NCBI GenBank assembly: GCA_023246655.1
Contig: JAHFHX010000002.1
Coordinates: 31,693 to 95,692 of the forward strand
Direction of reading: 5' to 3'
From: Candidatus Magasanikiibacteriota bacterium
GTDB lineage: Bacteria; Patescibacteriota; Patescibacteriia; Magasanikbacterales; GWA2-37-8
Length of the DNA: 64,000 bases
The position numbers were made by a program, and so were the translations under genes. Within the stretch, counting starts at the first letter, position 1. Each line of letters starts with the position of its first letter. Below the pieces are notes generated by a model, which worked only from the letters and a program-made list of their open reading frames with translations, was not told the DNA's origin and did no database searches. Of this stretch, positions 32,086 to 41,661 are shown piece after piece.

Positions 32086-32514
32086 TGTCATTGCGAGGAG
32101 TGAAACGACGAAGCAATCTCCCCTCTCTGGTTCAGCTAACTAAATTGCGATTTCGTTATACAAATCTTTCCATTCGGGATTTGATTGATTAACAAGTTCT
32201 AATTTTTGCTTTCTCGAGCCGCCTTTCAATTGTTTTTCTCGCACGATGGCGTCTCTGATATCAGAATATTCCTCAAGATACACTAGTTTATTAATTTTAT
32301 ACTTCTTTGTAAAACTTGTTTGTGTACCGGCTCCATCTTTATGTTCTCTTACACGCCGAGCCAAATTGTTAGTGACACCAATATAAAGGGCATTGTTATA
32401 TTGATTGCTAAGAATATAAACGTGGTATTTGTATTCCTTGCTCATACGCGATCGTTTGTTTTTCCGCAGAGGGGGGATTGCTTCGTCGTCGCTTTGCTCC
32501 TCCTCGCAATGACA
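32086..32514. mobile_element. Putative autonomous family A element: inverted arms enclosing a GIY-YIG gene
   Basis: Left arm TGTCATTGCGAGGAG...GCAATCTCCCC (32086-32127); right arm GGGGATTGC...CTCCTCGCAATGACA (32467-32514). Confidence 0.75.
32140..32445 (-). CDS. GIY-YIG nuclease family protein
   Basis: HVYIL...LYIGVTNNLARRVREH, FTKKY, AIVREKQLK, NPEWKDL; ATG overlaps comEC stop. Confidence 0.93.
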   Translation of the reverse strand: MSKEYKYHVYILSNQYNNALYIGVTNNLARRVREHKDGAGTQTSFTKKYKINKLVYLEEYSDIRDAIVREKQLKGGSRKQKLELVNQSNPEWKDLYNEIAI

Positions 32515-34325
32515 ATGATGAACCCCACATACATCCCCGCCATCCCCCACCACGGCACTTGGAATTGCACCGCTGACCACGGTTGGTTTCCAAACCATTC
32601 TACCACCATTATAACATATCGCAATCCAAAATAAGCGATCCAGGCGACGAGCTGGCCGAGCGGAAAAAAAATGAATCCAAAAATGATGGCGGTGAACCCG
32701 ATGAGCATGAGCCACGGTACCGTCCATAATATGAGAACGTTGACGAGTGGGGCGACGATGGAGAGGCGGCCGAATTGGTAGAGGATGATGGGGAGGGTGG
32801 CGAGGATGGCAGAGAGGGTTTGGAGGAGTGGTTCGCGGATGAAGTTCCATGCCGAATGAAACGCTTGTCCCACGTTGTCATTGCGAGGAGCGAACGAAGT
32901 GAGCGACGCGGCAATCTCCCCTTGGTGGTCATGATGGGGGGATTGCTTCGTCGTTTCACTCCTCGCAATGACAGATTCGAGCACCGGCGAAATATAAACG
33001 AGCCCCAGTGTCGCCAAAAATGATAATTGGAACCCCGCGTCCCACACCAGCACATACGGATTCGCGATGGTCATTACTGCGGCAGTAAAAACCAGCACGT
33101 TGCCAATGCGCGAGAGCCTGCCAAGCTGCTGCGCTGTGAGAACAAGAAAACCCATAATTCCCGCACGCACCACTGAACCAGTAGCGCCCGTAAAAATAAT
33201 GAATAAGATAATAAACCCAACCACCGCCCAATACGCGTGCTGACGCCAGAGGCCCAGACGGATGAGCATGAACATGAGCGCTGTTACGATGATGGTGATG
33301 TTAAAACCGGAGACAGCGATGATGTGCGAGACGCCGGTTTTATTAAAGTCGTCGATAATTTCTTTGGGTAAACCACTTTTGCTTCCATATAATAATCCTT
33401 GCATTAAACTACTTTCCGGTTCACTCCAGAGATTTTCGATTTTAGATTGTATGTGAGATTTGAGGAGGAAGATTTTTTTTATAACCCACACCTTAGGCGC
33501 CAAACTGTCATTGCGAGGAGGGAGCCTCGCGGCGACCGACGTGGCAATCTCCCCGTTTTGCTCTTGTCGGAGGGATTGCCGCGCTCGTTCCTCGCTCGCA
33601 ATGACAATTGACTTAGGAAAACTACACACCGCCCAAATCCCCTCTTTCGCCAAATATTTATCATACCTAAAACTACTCCCATCCAAATTCTCCGGCGCAC
33701 GCAGTTGGCAGTCAAATTTGATCTGGTCGCCGTAATTAAATGTAGGATATAACCGCGAGATGACGAGAACTTTCCCACTCACATCTTTAGCCAACTGCCC
33801 TTCTTTGATATTGGAAATTGAAACAACATATTTTGCATTCGTCATACTGGTGTCTGGTTCGGCCGTTATGACACCGGCCGCTTGGACATGTTTACCAACA
33901 TAATATTCAATTCGGTCTGGTGTGATGTTGGGAATGGTGATGACAAATCGCCAGACGCCGAGGAGAAGGGATAAGGAACAAAGAACAAGAAAACGGATCT
34001 TTGGTTTGTGCCAAAATAAAATAGCTGATGATATAAGGATAAAAAATGATATGTAGAGATAAAGAGATATTGATACAGCGAACGAAACCCCTCTCTCTGT
34101 CTCTCCCCTTATAGGGGAGAGTAGCGCTGTTGATTGGCTCCCTCCCCCTATAAGGGGGAGGACGGAGGAGGGGGTTTTCGCCACCCAATCACCCAGCGAC
34201 GCCACACCCGCCCCCGCCATAAAACAAAAACAAAACGCGAGGAACGTTTTGCTTTTTGAGTTTACCACGCGAGACATAAGGTCTTTTACGTGGGTGATAA
34301 TTTTTTGCAGACCCTCCCCTAGCAT
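32442..34325 (-). CDS. comEC: ComEC/Rec2 competence protein with three internal in-frame repeat insertions (start codon uncertain)
   Basis: TGVSHIIAVSGFN, SVVRAGIM, DAGFQLSF. Confidence 0.92.
   Translation of the reverse strand: MLGEGLQKIITHVKDLMSRVVNSKSKTFLAFCFCFMAGAGVASLGDWVAKTPSSVLPLIGGGSQSTALLSPIRGETERGVSFAVSISLYLYISFFILISSAILFWHKPKIRFLVLCSLSLLLGVWRFVITIPNITPDRIEYYVGKHVQAAGVITAEPDTSMTNAKYVVSISNIKEGQLAKDVSGKVLVISRLYPTFNYGDQIKFDCQLRAPENLDGSSFRYDKYLAKEGIWAVCSFPKSIVIASEERARQSLRQEQNGEIATSVAARLPPRNDSLAPKVWVIKKIFLLKSHIQSKIENLWSEPESSLMQGLLYGSKSGLPKEIIDDFNKTGVSHIIAVSGFNITIIVTALMFMLIRLGLWRQHAYWAVVGFIILFIIFTGATGSVVRAGIMGFLVLTAQQLGRLSRIGNVLVFTAAVMTIANPYVLVWDAGFQLSFLATLGLVYISPVLESVIARSETTKQSPHHDHQGEIAASLTSFAPRNDNVGQAFHSAWNFIREPLLQTLSAILATLPIILYQFGRLSIVAPLVNVLILWTVPWLMLIGFTAIIFGFIFFPLGQLVAWIAYFGLRYVIMVVEWFGNQPWSAVQFQVPWWGMAGMYVGFIIVIARRSKATTKQSPLCGKTNDRV
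32876..32973. repeat. Family A element, in frame in comEC
   Basis: TGTCATTGCGAGGAG...CTCCTCGCAATGACA. Confidence 0.93.
33506..33606. repeat. Family A element, in frame in comEC
   Basis: TGTCATTGCGAGG...CTCGCAATGACA. Confidence 0.93.
34085..34177. repeat. Family B element, in frame in comEC
   Basis: CTCTCCCCTTATAGGGGAGAG and CTCCCCCTATAAGGGGGAG hairpins within AAACCCC...GGGGTTT. Confidence 0.88.
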
Positions 34326-34329
34326 AATT

Positions 34330-34968
34330 TTACACTTCGATACTTTTTCCCTCCTCAATAACCAGCCACTTAATTTCCGGATTCAAAAGTTTTTCTGGCA
34401 TTAAATAAAATGGACCAGTAATTTTGAGGAAAGCATCGTGCACGGGGAAACAAATTTTTGGCTTAATAGCGTTAGCATAATCAATTGTCTGCGCTACACG
34501 CATCCAAGGTGCGACTGCGGGGTAGGCCAGCACTTCACACTCCACAACGTTGTCGAGCGAGTCCCCACCGTAGAAAAACTTTTTGGCAATGCGATAGCCA
34601 GTGTTGTGAACGCGCGGGAAGGTAGGATAAATTTCAGCGTGCATTTGGCCAAAGCCTTCGATGAGGACGCCGTTGACCGTGATGCTTTGGCTGTCACCGA
34701 GCACGTCGAATACTACATTTGCTTCCACGAGTTTTTGCCCAACGCCAGGGTTGGTAAAAATGTGAGTTTTGGGATTTTTAGCAAGAATAGCTTGGAGAGA
34801 ATCAAGATCACAATGATCCTGATGTTCGTGCGTGATCAGGATTGCATCGAGATTTTCGACGTTATTCTGCAGAGTCGAATATTTGCCCGGATCGAGAAGG
34901 ATGCGAGCACTTCCCTCTTCGATGAGTAAACACGAGTGCCCAAACTTAGTGATACGCATATTATTCAA
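34330..34968 (-). CDS. MBL-fold metallo-hydrolase
   Basis: FGHSC, ITHEHQDH, GD, PVHD. Confidence 0.9.
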   Translation of the reverse strand: MNNMRITKFGHSCLLIEEGSARILLDPGKYSTLQNNVENLDAILITHEHQDHCDLDSLQAILAKNPKTHIFTNPGVGQKLVEANVVFDVLGDSQSITVNGVLIEGFGQMHAEIYPTFPRVHNTGYRIAKKFFYGGDSLDNVVECEVLAYPAVAPWMRVAQTIDYANAIKPKICFPVHDAFLKITGPFYLMPEKLLNPEIKWLVIEEGKSIEV

Positions 34969-35383
34969 TTTTTATATTTGGATTCCGACTGAATAAATCT
35001 GTCAACGCACCTTCTTTATTTTCTATTTTCTGTAACTCATCGAGCGTAACCCATCTAGAATCATCTGCTTCGTCTGGATCTAAAACTACGTCATCCTGCG
35101 TCTTCACATGAAAAAACATAAGCAAGCGAGAGGTCTGATAATTTTCTTTAAAGTGGAATTGTTGATCCTGACCCCAGCCAATAAACTTAGGATTATCAAA
35201 CTGTACCCCGGTTTCTTCCTTCATCTCTCGCAATAATGTATCTTCAATTTTTTCTCCATGTTCAGCGCGCCCACCAGGAACACGCCACACTTTAAAACGT
35301 GGGCACAGAACAATTAAAAACTTTCCTTCTTTTTCTATAAAGGCACTGCACACTACTTGATGGCCTCGAATTGGATGATCCAT
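34961..35383 (-). CDS. NUDIX hydrolase
   Basis: PGGRAEHGEKIEDTLLREMKEETG Nudix box. Confidence 0.92.
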   Translation of the reverse strand: MDHPIRGHQVVCSAFIEKEGKFLIVLCPRFKVWRVPGGRAEHGEKIEDTLLREMKEETGVQFDNPKFIGWGQDQQFHFKENYQTSRLLMFFHVKTQDDVVLDPDEADDSRWVTLDELQKIENKEGALTDLFSRNPNIKIE

Positions 35384-35384
35384 A

Positions 35385-38300
35385 CTACACTACTATACTT
35401 ATTAATTTCCCCCTCACATAAATCACCTTCTTCGGCTCTTTACCATCCAGCCACTTCTGAATTTTTTCGCTCGCGAGCGCTTGGTTTTTAATTTCGTCTT
35501 CGGATATATCAGCTGGCACCTCAAGCTGCTCACGCACTTTGCCATTTACTTGAACAACAATGGTGATCATGGACTCTTTGGCGAGCTCGGGATCAAACTT
35601 TGGCCAAGGGGAATACGCTAATATCTCTTTATCTCCATATAACTCCCATAATTCCTCCGCAATATGTGGGGCAAAAGGTGAGAGAAGTTGAATTAATATT
35701 TGATATTGGATATTAGATATTTTTTCTTCTTTCATCATTTCATTCGTGAGTTCCATCAGCTTCGCAATGGCAGTATTAAAATGCATTGCTTCGATATCAT
35801 CGGAGACTTTTTTGATGGTTTGATGAAGAAGGGTCGTTATCTTGTCATTGCGAGGAGCCGAAGGCGACGCGGCAATCTCCCCTTTTGACTCTTGTCGGGG
35901 GGATTGCTTCGCTCGTTCCTCGCTCGCAATGACACGTTCTTGAAGTGACCATACCCGATCCAAAAATCTCCGCACGCCAACCAACCCATTCGTATCCCAC
36001 TTCACCGCCTGATCAAACGGCCCCATGAAACCAATATACGCGCGAAAAGCATCCGTACCAAATTGTTCAATCATTTCATCGGGGTTGATAACATTCCCGC
36101 GGCTCTTACTCATTTTCTCACCATCCGGACCCAAAATCATGCCATGACTGGTACGTTTTTTATATGGCTCGCGCGTAGGCACTACGCCAATGTCGTATAA
36201 AAATTGATTCCAGAAACGGGAATACAATAAGTGAAGCACCGTGTGTTCCATGCCGCCGTTATACCAATCAACACCACCCCCGCGTTTGTCATCCCGAGCG
36301 AGGCTCGCGCCGACGAGGGATCTCTGTCCGTCGGTTGGTGAGTGAGCCAGAGATTCCTCCTTCGTCGTCGGAGTGACAGGATTACCATCCATCCAGTACC
36401 GCAGCTTCTCCATTGATGCAAATTCTTTATCGTTATTCGGATCCGCGTATCTTAAGAAATACCAAGAAGAACCGGCCCAATTCGGCATAGTATCAGTTTC
36501 CCGTTTCGCTGGTCCGCCACAACGTGGGCAGGTGGTGTTCACCCAATCACTCATCGCCGAGAGCGGACTTTCGCCCGTGTCGGTTGGTTCGTATTTTTCT
36601 ACTTTGGGGAGTTTGAGTGGGAGTTCGGACTCGGGAAGCGGGATCCAGCCGGTTTGTTCTAATGCTTTGAGAATTTCTGGTTCCTGGCCATCATTGGTAA
36701 AATGTTGGGCAACTGGTTCCACGAATTGAGCTGAAGCGTGCATTGCTTTCATCATTTCTCGTGCCTGATTTTCTGGAATTACTGGAAAATTTTTATCAAC
36801 TACAAGCACAATTTCTTTCGCGTTTTTTTTAATTTTCTCAAAATTAAATTGCCAATTGAAACTTTGCTCAACTTCCGGTCGTGCGCGATCAGCAAATTCG
36901 GGACGAATAAAACAATCAACCAAAACAAGTTTCGCGATTGTTTTTTTTAAATGTTCTACCAAATTCATGGCTACAGCTCCACCAAGGCTCGTGGCAACAA
37001 TAACAGTGTTTTCGTTTATTTCTGTTTTTTCCAATACCGATTTTACTTGTTCCTCAATATTTGGCTGCATCGGGTTTGGGAGGTCTGGTGCAAATACCGT
37101 ATGACCTTGTTTTTCTAGTTCTTCTTTAAGCCGCGGGAAAAATATTCCTTGAGAGCTGCCTTTGAATCCATGAAGTAAAATATAGTTATATTTTTTCTTT
37201 CTGCAATTCTCACATTTTACGAGGGGAATCGGTTCGCCCCAGTAGCGCTGACGAGAGAAAACCCAATCGCGGAGTTTGAAATTAATCTGCCGACGAGCCA
37301 TTCCTTTTTGCTCTAACCAAGGTAAAATCTTTTCGCGCGCTTCCGCAGAAGTTAAACCATCAAACTGACCGGAGTTAACCAGAGTGCCTTCACTGGGGAA
37401 GCACTCTTCTAACTTTTGCACGCGCTCCCACAGCGCATCGTCGGCTGGTCGGATAGAAACTTTGAGCGGCAGGCTATATTTTTTAGCCATAGCAAAATCG
37501 CGCTCGTCGTGGGCATCGGCAAATACCGCGCCAGTGCCGTACTGAGCTAACACAAAATCGGCAATCCAAATAGGCATTTTGTCGCCGGTTGCTGGGTTCA
37601 GTGCATACGATCCGGTGAAGACCCCCGACTTGTCCTTTTCTTCAGCAGTACGTTCGATGTCAGTTTTTTGCGCAGTCTCCTGAACATATTTTTCAACCGC
37701 TTTTTTCTGTTCGGGAGTAGCTAATTGTTTTACGAGCGGGTGTTCAGGTGCAATGACTAAGAATGTACCCGAAAAAATGGTGTCGAGTCGGGTGGTGAAG
37801 ACTTCGATTGGTTGAGACAGGGATTCCTCGTCGGCGCGAGCCTCGCTCGGAATGACAGTAAAACGGACGACAGCCCCTTCCGAGCGCCCAATCCAATTTT
37901 CCTGTTGCACGCGCGCGGGAGTAATATAGTTAACTTCTTTGAGACCGTCGAGGAGTTTATCGGCATATTTGGTAATGGCAAGCATCCACTGCTCTTTATC
38001 TCGTTTTTCCACGGGCGTGCCACAACGTTCACAACAGCCGTCCACCACCTCTTCATTAGCGAGGCCAGTCTTATCTTTCGGACACCAATTAACAGGCTGA
38101 TTTTTTTTGTAAGCTAACCCGTGTTTATATAATTGTAAAAAAATCCACTGCGTCCATTTGTAATATGTGGGATCGGTGGTATCAACAGCGCGCGACCAAT
38201 CAAAACTATAGCCCAACGCTTTAAGCTGGCGGGTGAAATTGGCAATATTCTCGGCCGTAACTTCCGCGGGTGGGCGACCGGTTTTAATCGCAAAATTTTC

Positions 38301-38558
38301 GGTGGGGAGTCCGAAGGCATCAAAACCAATTGGATACAAAACATTAAAACCTTCCATTCTTTTTTTGCGTGAAATTACATCCATGGCAGTGAAAGGACGC
38401 GGGTGGCCGACGTGCAAGCCGACGCCAGAGGGATATGGGAATTCGATGAGGGAATAAAATTTTTGCTTCTTGGTGTCTTCTTTGACCTCAAAGGTTTTAT
38501 TTTTCTCCCAATATTTTTGCCATTTTTTTTCAATTGATTTGGGGTCGTATTTTTTCAT
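35385..38558 (-). CDS. leuS: Leucine--tRNA ligase with inserted alpha/beta-hydrolase domain and three repeat insertions
   Basis: FPYPSG.GLHVGH, DWVFSRQRYWG, KMSKS. Confidence 0.97.
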   Translation of the reverse strand: MKKYDPKSIEKKWQKYWEKNKTFEVKEDTKKQKFYSLIEFPYPSGVGLHVGHPRPFTAMDVISRKKRMEGFNVLYPIGFDAFGLPTENFAIKTGRPPAEVTAENIANFTRQLKALGYSFDWSRAVDTTDPTYYKWTQWIFLQLYKHGLAYKKNQPVNWCPKDKTGLANEEVVDGCCERCGTPVEKRDKEQWMLAITKYADKLLDGLKEVNYITPARVQQENWIGRSEGAVVRFTVIPSEARADEESLSQPIEVFTTRLDTIFSGTFLVIAPEHPLVKQLATPEQKKAVEKYVQETAQKTDIERTAEEKDKSGVFTGSYALNPATGDKMPIWIADFVLAQYGTGAVFADAHDERDFAMAKKYSLPLKVSIRPADDALWERVQKLEECFPSEGTLVNSGQFDGLTSAEAREKILPWLEQKGMARRQINFKLRDWVFSRQRYWGEPIPLVKCENCRKKKYNYILLHGFKGSSQGIFFPRLKEELEKQGHTVFAPDLPNPMQPNIEEQVKSVLEKTEINENTVIVATSLGGAVAMNLVEHLKKTIAKLVLVDCFIRPEFADRARPEVEQSFNWQFNFEKIKKNAKEIVLVVDKNFPVIPENQAREMMKAMHASAQFVEPVAQHFTNDGQEPEILKALEQTGWIPLPESELPLKLPKVEKYEPTDTGESPLSAMSDWVNTTCPRCGGPAKRETDTMPNWAGSSWYFLRYADPNNDKEFASMEKLRYWMDGNPVTPTTKEESLAHSPTDGQRSLVGASLARDDKRGGGVDWYNGGMEHTVLHLLYSRFWNQFLYDIGVVPTREPYKKRTSHGMILGPDGEKMSKSRGNVINPDEMIEQFGTDAFRAYIGFMGPFDQAVKWDTNGLVGVRRFLDRVWSLQERVIASEERAKQSPRQESKGEIAASPSAPRNDKITTLLHQTIKKVSDDIEAMHFNTAIAKLMELTNEMMKEEKISNIQYQILIQLLSPFAPHIAEELWELYGDKEILAYSPWPKFDPELAKESMITIVVQVNGKVREQLEVPADISEDEIKNQALASEKIQKWLDGKEPKKVIYVRGKLISIVV
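35843..35934. repeat. Family A element, in frame in leuS
   Basis: TGTCATTGCGAGG...CTCGCAATGACA. Confidence 0.93.
36287..36378. repeat. Family A variant, in frame in leuS
   Basis: TGTCATCCCGAGCG...GGAGTGACA. Confidence 0.85.
37815..37857. repeat. Family A half element, in frame in leuS
   Basis: GGATTCCTCGTCGGCGCGAGCCTCGCTCGGAATGACA. Confidence 0.85.
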
Positions 38559-39060
38559 AACACAGATTACGCTGATTAAATTGGATTACGCAGATTTGTG
38601 ATAGTAAACTACGCGTTGGAATTCTAGACTTGGATTTCCGAAGTTGAGAATTAAACCAATTTCTAATTCCGATGCCTTTAAATAAGAGACGAGTTGAGCT
38701 TGAAATATTTTTGGCATTTTTCCTGAAATAGCTTTAATTTCTATGACTACTTTTTTATCAACAATGAGATCGACTCTAAAATCGCCAATTTTAATCTTTT
38801 TCCAGTATACTTTAAAAGGTTGTTCTGTTTCAACTTTATTACCAGCTTCTTCAAGGATTGCAATCATTCCCTTGTGATAAATAATTTCCTTAAAACCTGG
38901 ACCCAATTCCGTGTGCAGCTTCATTGCCAGACCAATAATTTGTCGAGTTAACGTCTCCTCCTTAAACATACTACACTGATTACGCAGATTATTAAAGATT
39001 ACGCTGATTTTTTAGTCGTTGGAATCTGCGAAATCCACAAAAATCTGCATAATCTGTGTT
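38559..39060. mobile_element. Putative element: inverted ~9-nt-repeat arms enclosing the GxxExxY gene
   Basis: AACACAGATTACGCTGATT..GGATTACGCAGATT (38559-38596) is the inverse of 39023-39060; extra units at 38973-39010. Confidence 0.65.
38586..38969 (-). CDS. GxxExxY protein (PD-(D/E)XK-like)
   Basis: LGPGFKEIIY, FRVDLIV, IEIKA, AQLVSYL, GLILNFG. Confidence 0.93.
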   Translation of the reverse strand: MFKEETLTRQIIGLAMKLHTELGPGFKEIIYHKGMIAILEEAGNKVETEQPFKVYWKKIKIGDFRVDLIVDKKVVIEIKAISGKMPKIFQAQLVSYLKASELEIGLILNFGNPSLEFQRVVYYHKSA

Positions 39061-39822
39061 TTATTTCAACAAATCTAAAAGTTTAGAATGTAATTCCGGA
39101 TTAGTAATAACGATATCGCGCCGACCACGTTTCCACGGGGCGCCATCACAGTTGGTTACCAAGGCTCCGGCTTCGGGTGCAATCGTGGCGATGGCAGCGT
39201 AATCATGATCAAAGCCGCAATTGCCAACATAAAAATCGGCTCCGCCACTCGCCACATAACAAGAACTTAACATGGTTCCAAAATTGTGCATCCAAACCGT
39301 GGTCTCATTGGTTAGATGATCCAAAAAGCGACGGTAACGACTCTCGTGCACGGTGTTAACACCGCGAACGCAAATGCCGAAGCCATGGTCGAGCGACGCT
39401 ACCTGATTAACGTGGATGGGCAGGCCGTTCAAAGTCGCGCCTTCACCTACTTTGGCAAAAAATAATTCATTCGCCAACGGATTGTAAATGGCGGCGGCGT
39501 AGGGTTCGGCGCGCTCATAGAGTGCCACCATGGTGCACCACATTCCGATACCAAAAGCAAAATTACGCGTGCCATCAATGGGGTCAATAATCCACTCGTA
39601 CTCCGCACCTTCCGTGCCTTCAGGTGGAGCCTCTTCACTGACAATGCGATGAAGCGGGAAACGTTCCTTTATTTTGTTAATCAAAAATGTATTAACGGCC
39701 ACGTCAGCCTCGGTAACTAAATCACCAAGATGGGCTTTACTTTTAAAGCTTACCCCTTTTAGAAAAAAATCTTTAGCGATGTTGCCGCCCTCAACAATAA
39801 TTTGTTGTAAAAATTCATGCAT
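39061..39822 (-). CDS. Inositol monophosphatase family protein
   Basis: DLVTEAD, SEE, WIIDPIDGTRNF. Confidence 0.92.
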   Translation of the reverse strand: MHEFLQQIIVEGGNIAKDFFLKGVSFKSKAHLGDLVTEADVAVNTFLINKIKERFPLHRIVSEEAPPEGTEGAEYEWIIDPIDGTRNFAFGIGMWCTMVALYERAEPYAAAIYNPLANELFFAKVGEGATLNGLPIHVNQVASLDHGFGICVRGVNTVHESRYRRFLDHLTNETTVWMHNFGTMLSSCYVASGGADFYVGNCGFDHDYAAIATIAPEAGALVTNCDGAPWKRGRRDIVITNPELHSKLLDLLK

Positions 39823-39835
39823 AGAGCCCTCTGCA

Positions 39836-40081
39836 TTATAAGCGCCCTGTTGCCCTAAGAAAATCGTCCACAGCAACTTGCGCTTGATCTAAAATTCCGC
39901 GAACCGTACCAGGCGCCAACTCACTATGGTCGGGGACAATTGTGGTCGCTATTCTCCCTGGGCTACTACAACGAATTTTAATATGACTGCCTTTTTGCGA
40001 AACAAAAAAGAAACCAAAATGTTTCTGGAGGATACGAATAATATCTTGGCCAGAAAAATTTGCCAAGCGTGTCATAGACAA
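39836..40081 (-). CDS. hicA: HicA toxin
   Basis: SQKGSHIK, VPDHSELAPGTVRGILDQA. Confidence 0.9.
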   Translation of the reverse strand: MSMTRLANFSGQDIIRILQKHFGFFFVSQKGSHIKIRCSSPGRIATTIVPDHSELAPGTVRGILDQAQVAVDDFLRATGRL

Positions 40082-40300
40082 TTAGGCTGATTCCAAATCG
40101 AGGGTTTTGATGAGCGGATGCTCGGCAAACCGAGTTCGCTCTTCGGCTGGCACGTCTTCCAAATACAACTCCATTGCCTCGCGTAAATTACGTTCGGCAG
40201 CTTCCAGCGTTTCACCTTGTGAAGTTACGCCTAACTCGGCACAATGCGCCACAAACCATTTGCCGTCGCGTTGGAATGTGGTAGTAAATTTCATGGTCAT
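40082..40300 (-). CDS. hicB: HicB antitoxin (short form)
   Basis: SQGETLEAAERNLREAMELYL. Confidence 0.9.
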   Translation of the reverse strand: MTMKFTTTFQRDGKWFVAHCAELGVTSQGETLEAAERNLREAMELYLEDVPAEERTRFAEHPLIKTLDLESA

Positions 40301-40356
40301 ATGTTGGTAGTATAGCTATTTTATTGAAAAAAATCAAGCCTTTATAAAGAACGTTG

Positions 40357-40456
40357 AAACCCCACCCTGCGTCCCTCCCCTTGTTGGGGAGGGGAATCGT
40401 CAGCCAACGGCCATTGACTCTCTCCCCTATGAGGGGAGAAACGTAGAGAGGGGTTT
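40357..40456. repeat. Family B element, intergenic
   Basis: CCCTCCCCTTGTTGGGGAGGGG and TCTCCCCTATGAGGGGAGA hairpins. Confidence 0.88.
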
Positions 40457-40470
40457 GGTCGTTCGCGCTA

Positions 40471-41499
40471 TCATCGCTGACATTTTGGACAATAATGCGT
40501 CCCCCGCCCTGCCGCCTTAATTTTCTTAATCACTATCCCACATTGCTTGCACGGCTGCCCGTCACGATCGTAAACTTTAAGGAAATCTGTGTAATTACCT
40601 TTTTTACCAGAGCTGTCAAGAAAATTTCGGAAGGTTGTGCCGCGATGTTTGAGGGCTTCCTGAAGAATTACAGGAATAGCGTGGAATAATTTTTTTTGCT
40701 CTTCTTTTGTCACGGAACCAACACGACGATTGGGACGAACGCCAGCCCGAAAGCAGGCTTCATCAACATAGATGTTGCCTAAGCCCGCGATGAGTTCTTG
40801 ATTGAGGAGCAATGCTTTGAGATTAGTATTTTTTCTTTTTTTGAAGAGGGAGGAGAAATAGTCAAAACTAAATTCCTGGGAACGAGCCCTCACCCTGCGT
40901 CCCTCTCCCGCAGGGCGAGGAAGCGAAATGGGTTCAGGGCCATATTTTTTAAGCACTCTTTCAACTTCAGTTTGAGAAGCTAATTTCATATACCCAAACA
41001 GGCGGAGGTCATTAAAAAATAACTCTCCCCCATCGGCAAACACAAAAACAATTCTGGTCCACTGATTTGGCAAACATTCAATATCTTTTTCCGAAAGTTT
41101 ATGGCCGCCCGCGACTATCTCGATTTCATTTTTTATTTTCTTCTCATAAATAAGCTGGCCGGTCATTTTGAGGTGGACGAGCAAAGCGCCGACTTTTTTG
41201 TCATTTCGAATCCCCCGTCGCAGGGGGTGAGAAATCTCTGGCTCACCGACGACGGACAGAGATTCCTCGTCGCCGCGAGTCTCGCTCGGAATGATAATTG
41301 AACGCTTGAGATACCAAATCATCAGTTTGCCACGGCGCTCAATTTTAGTAATAGCGTTACCGGTGAGTGCGTGAACAAATTTTGTACTCATGCCGCCGAC
41401 ACTCTTTTTATTACGTACCTCAACGTGAACAATTTTCTTGTTCAAGATCTTTTTTTCTAAATCGCGGCGGATGGTTTCAACTTCGGGGAGCTCGGGCAT
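40471..41499 (-). CDS. mutM: Formamidopyrimidine-DNA glycosylase with two in-frame insertions
   Basis: MPELPEVET, RRGK, HLKMTG, GLGNIY, C-terminal Zn finger. Confidence 0.96.
   Translation of the reverse strand: MPELPEVETIRRDLEKKILNKKIVHVEVRNKKSVGGMSTKFVHALTGNAITKIERRGKLMIWYLKRSIIIPSETRGDEESLSVVGEPEISHPLRRGIRNDKKVGALLVHLKMTGQLIYEKKIKNEIEIVAGGHKLSEKDIECLPNQWTRIVFVFADGGELFFNDLRLFGYMKLASQTEVERVLKKYGPEPISLPRPAGEGRRVRARSQEFSFDYFSSLFKKRKNTNLKALLLNQELIAGLGNIYVDEACFRAGVRPNRRVGSVTKEEQKKLFHAIPVILQEALKHRGTTFRNFLDSSGKKGNYTDFLKVYDRDGQPCKQCGIVIKKIKAAGRGTHYCPKCQR
40887..40922. repeat. Family B half element, in frame in mutM
   Basis: CCCTCACCCTGCGTCCCTCTCCCGCAGGGCGAGG. Confidence 0.8.
41199..41296. repeat. 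Family A variant, in frame in mutM
   Basis: TGTCATTTCGAA...CTCGGAATGATA. Confidence 0.88.
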
Positions 41500-41661
41500 A
41501 GAAGTACAGTTAGTGGTGAGATTAATTCCATTGCAATGTACGAAATTACGAACTTTACGAAAATACGAAAACAATTTTATTTTATCTCAACTTACTGCTT
41601 TAAACAAGATAAGACGCCCTTTGAGGGCGTCTGCTGTTTACTCTTATCTATTTTCTGTTTA

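Noticed and set aside
32446-32850. Long N-terminal extension of GIY-YIG in the ORF track
   Set aside because: Overlaps comEC in another frame; ATG 32445 coupled to the comEC stop is the plausible start.
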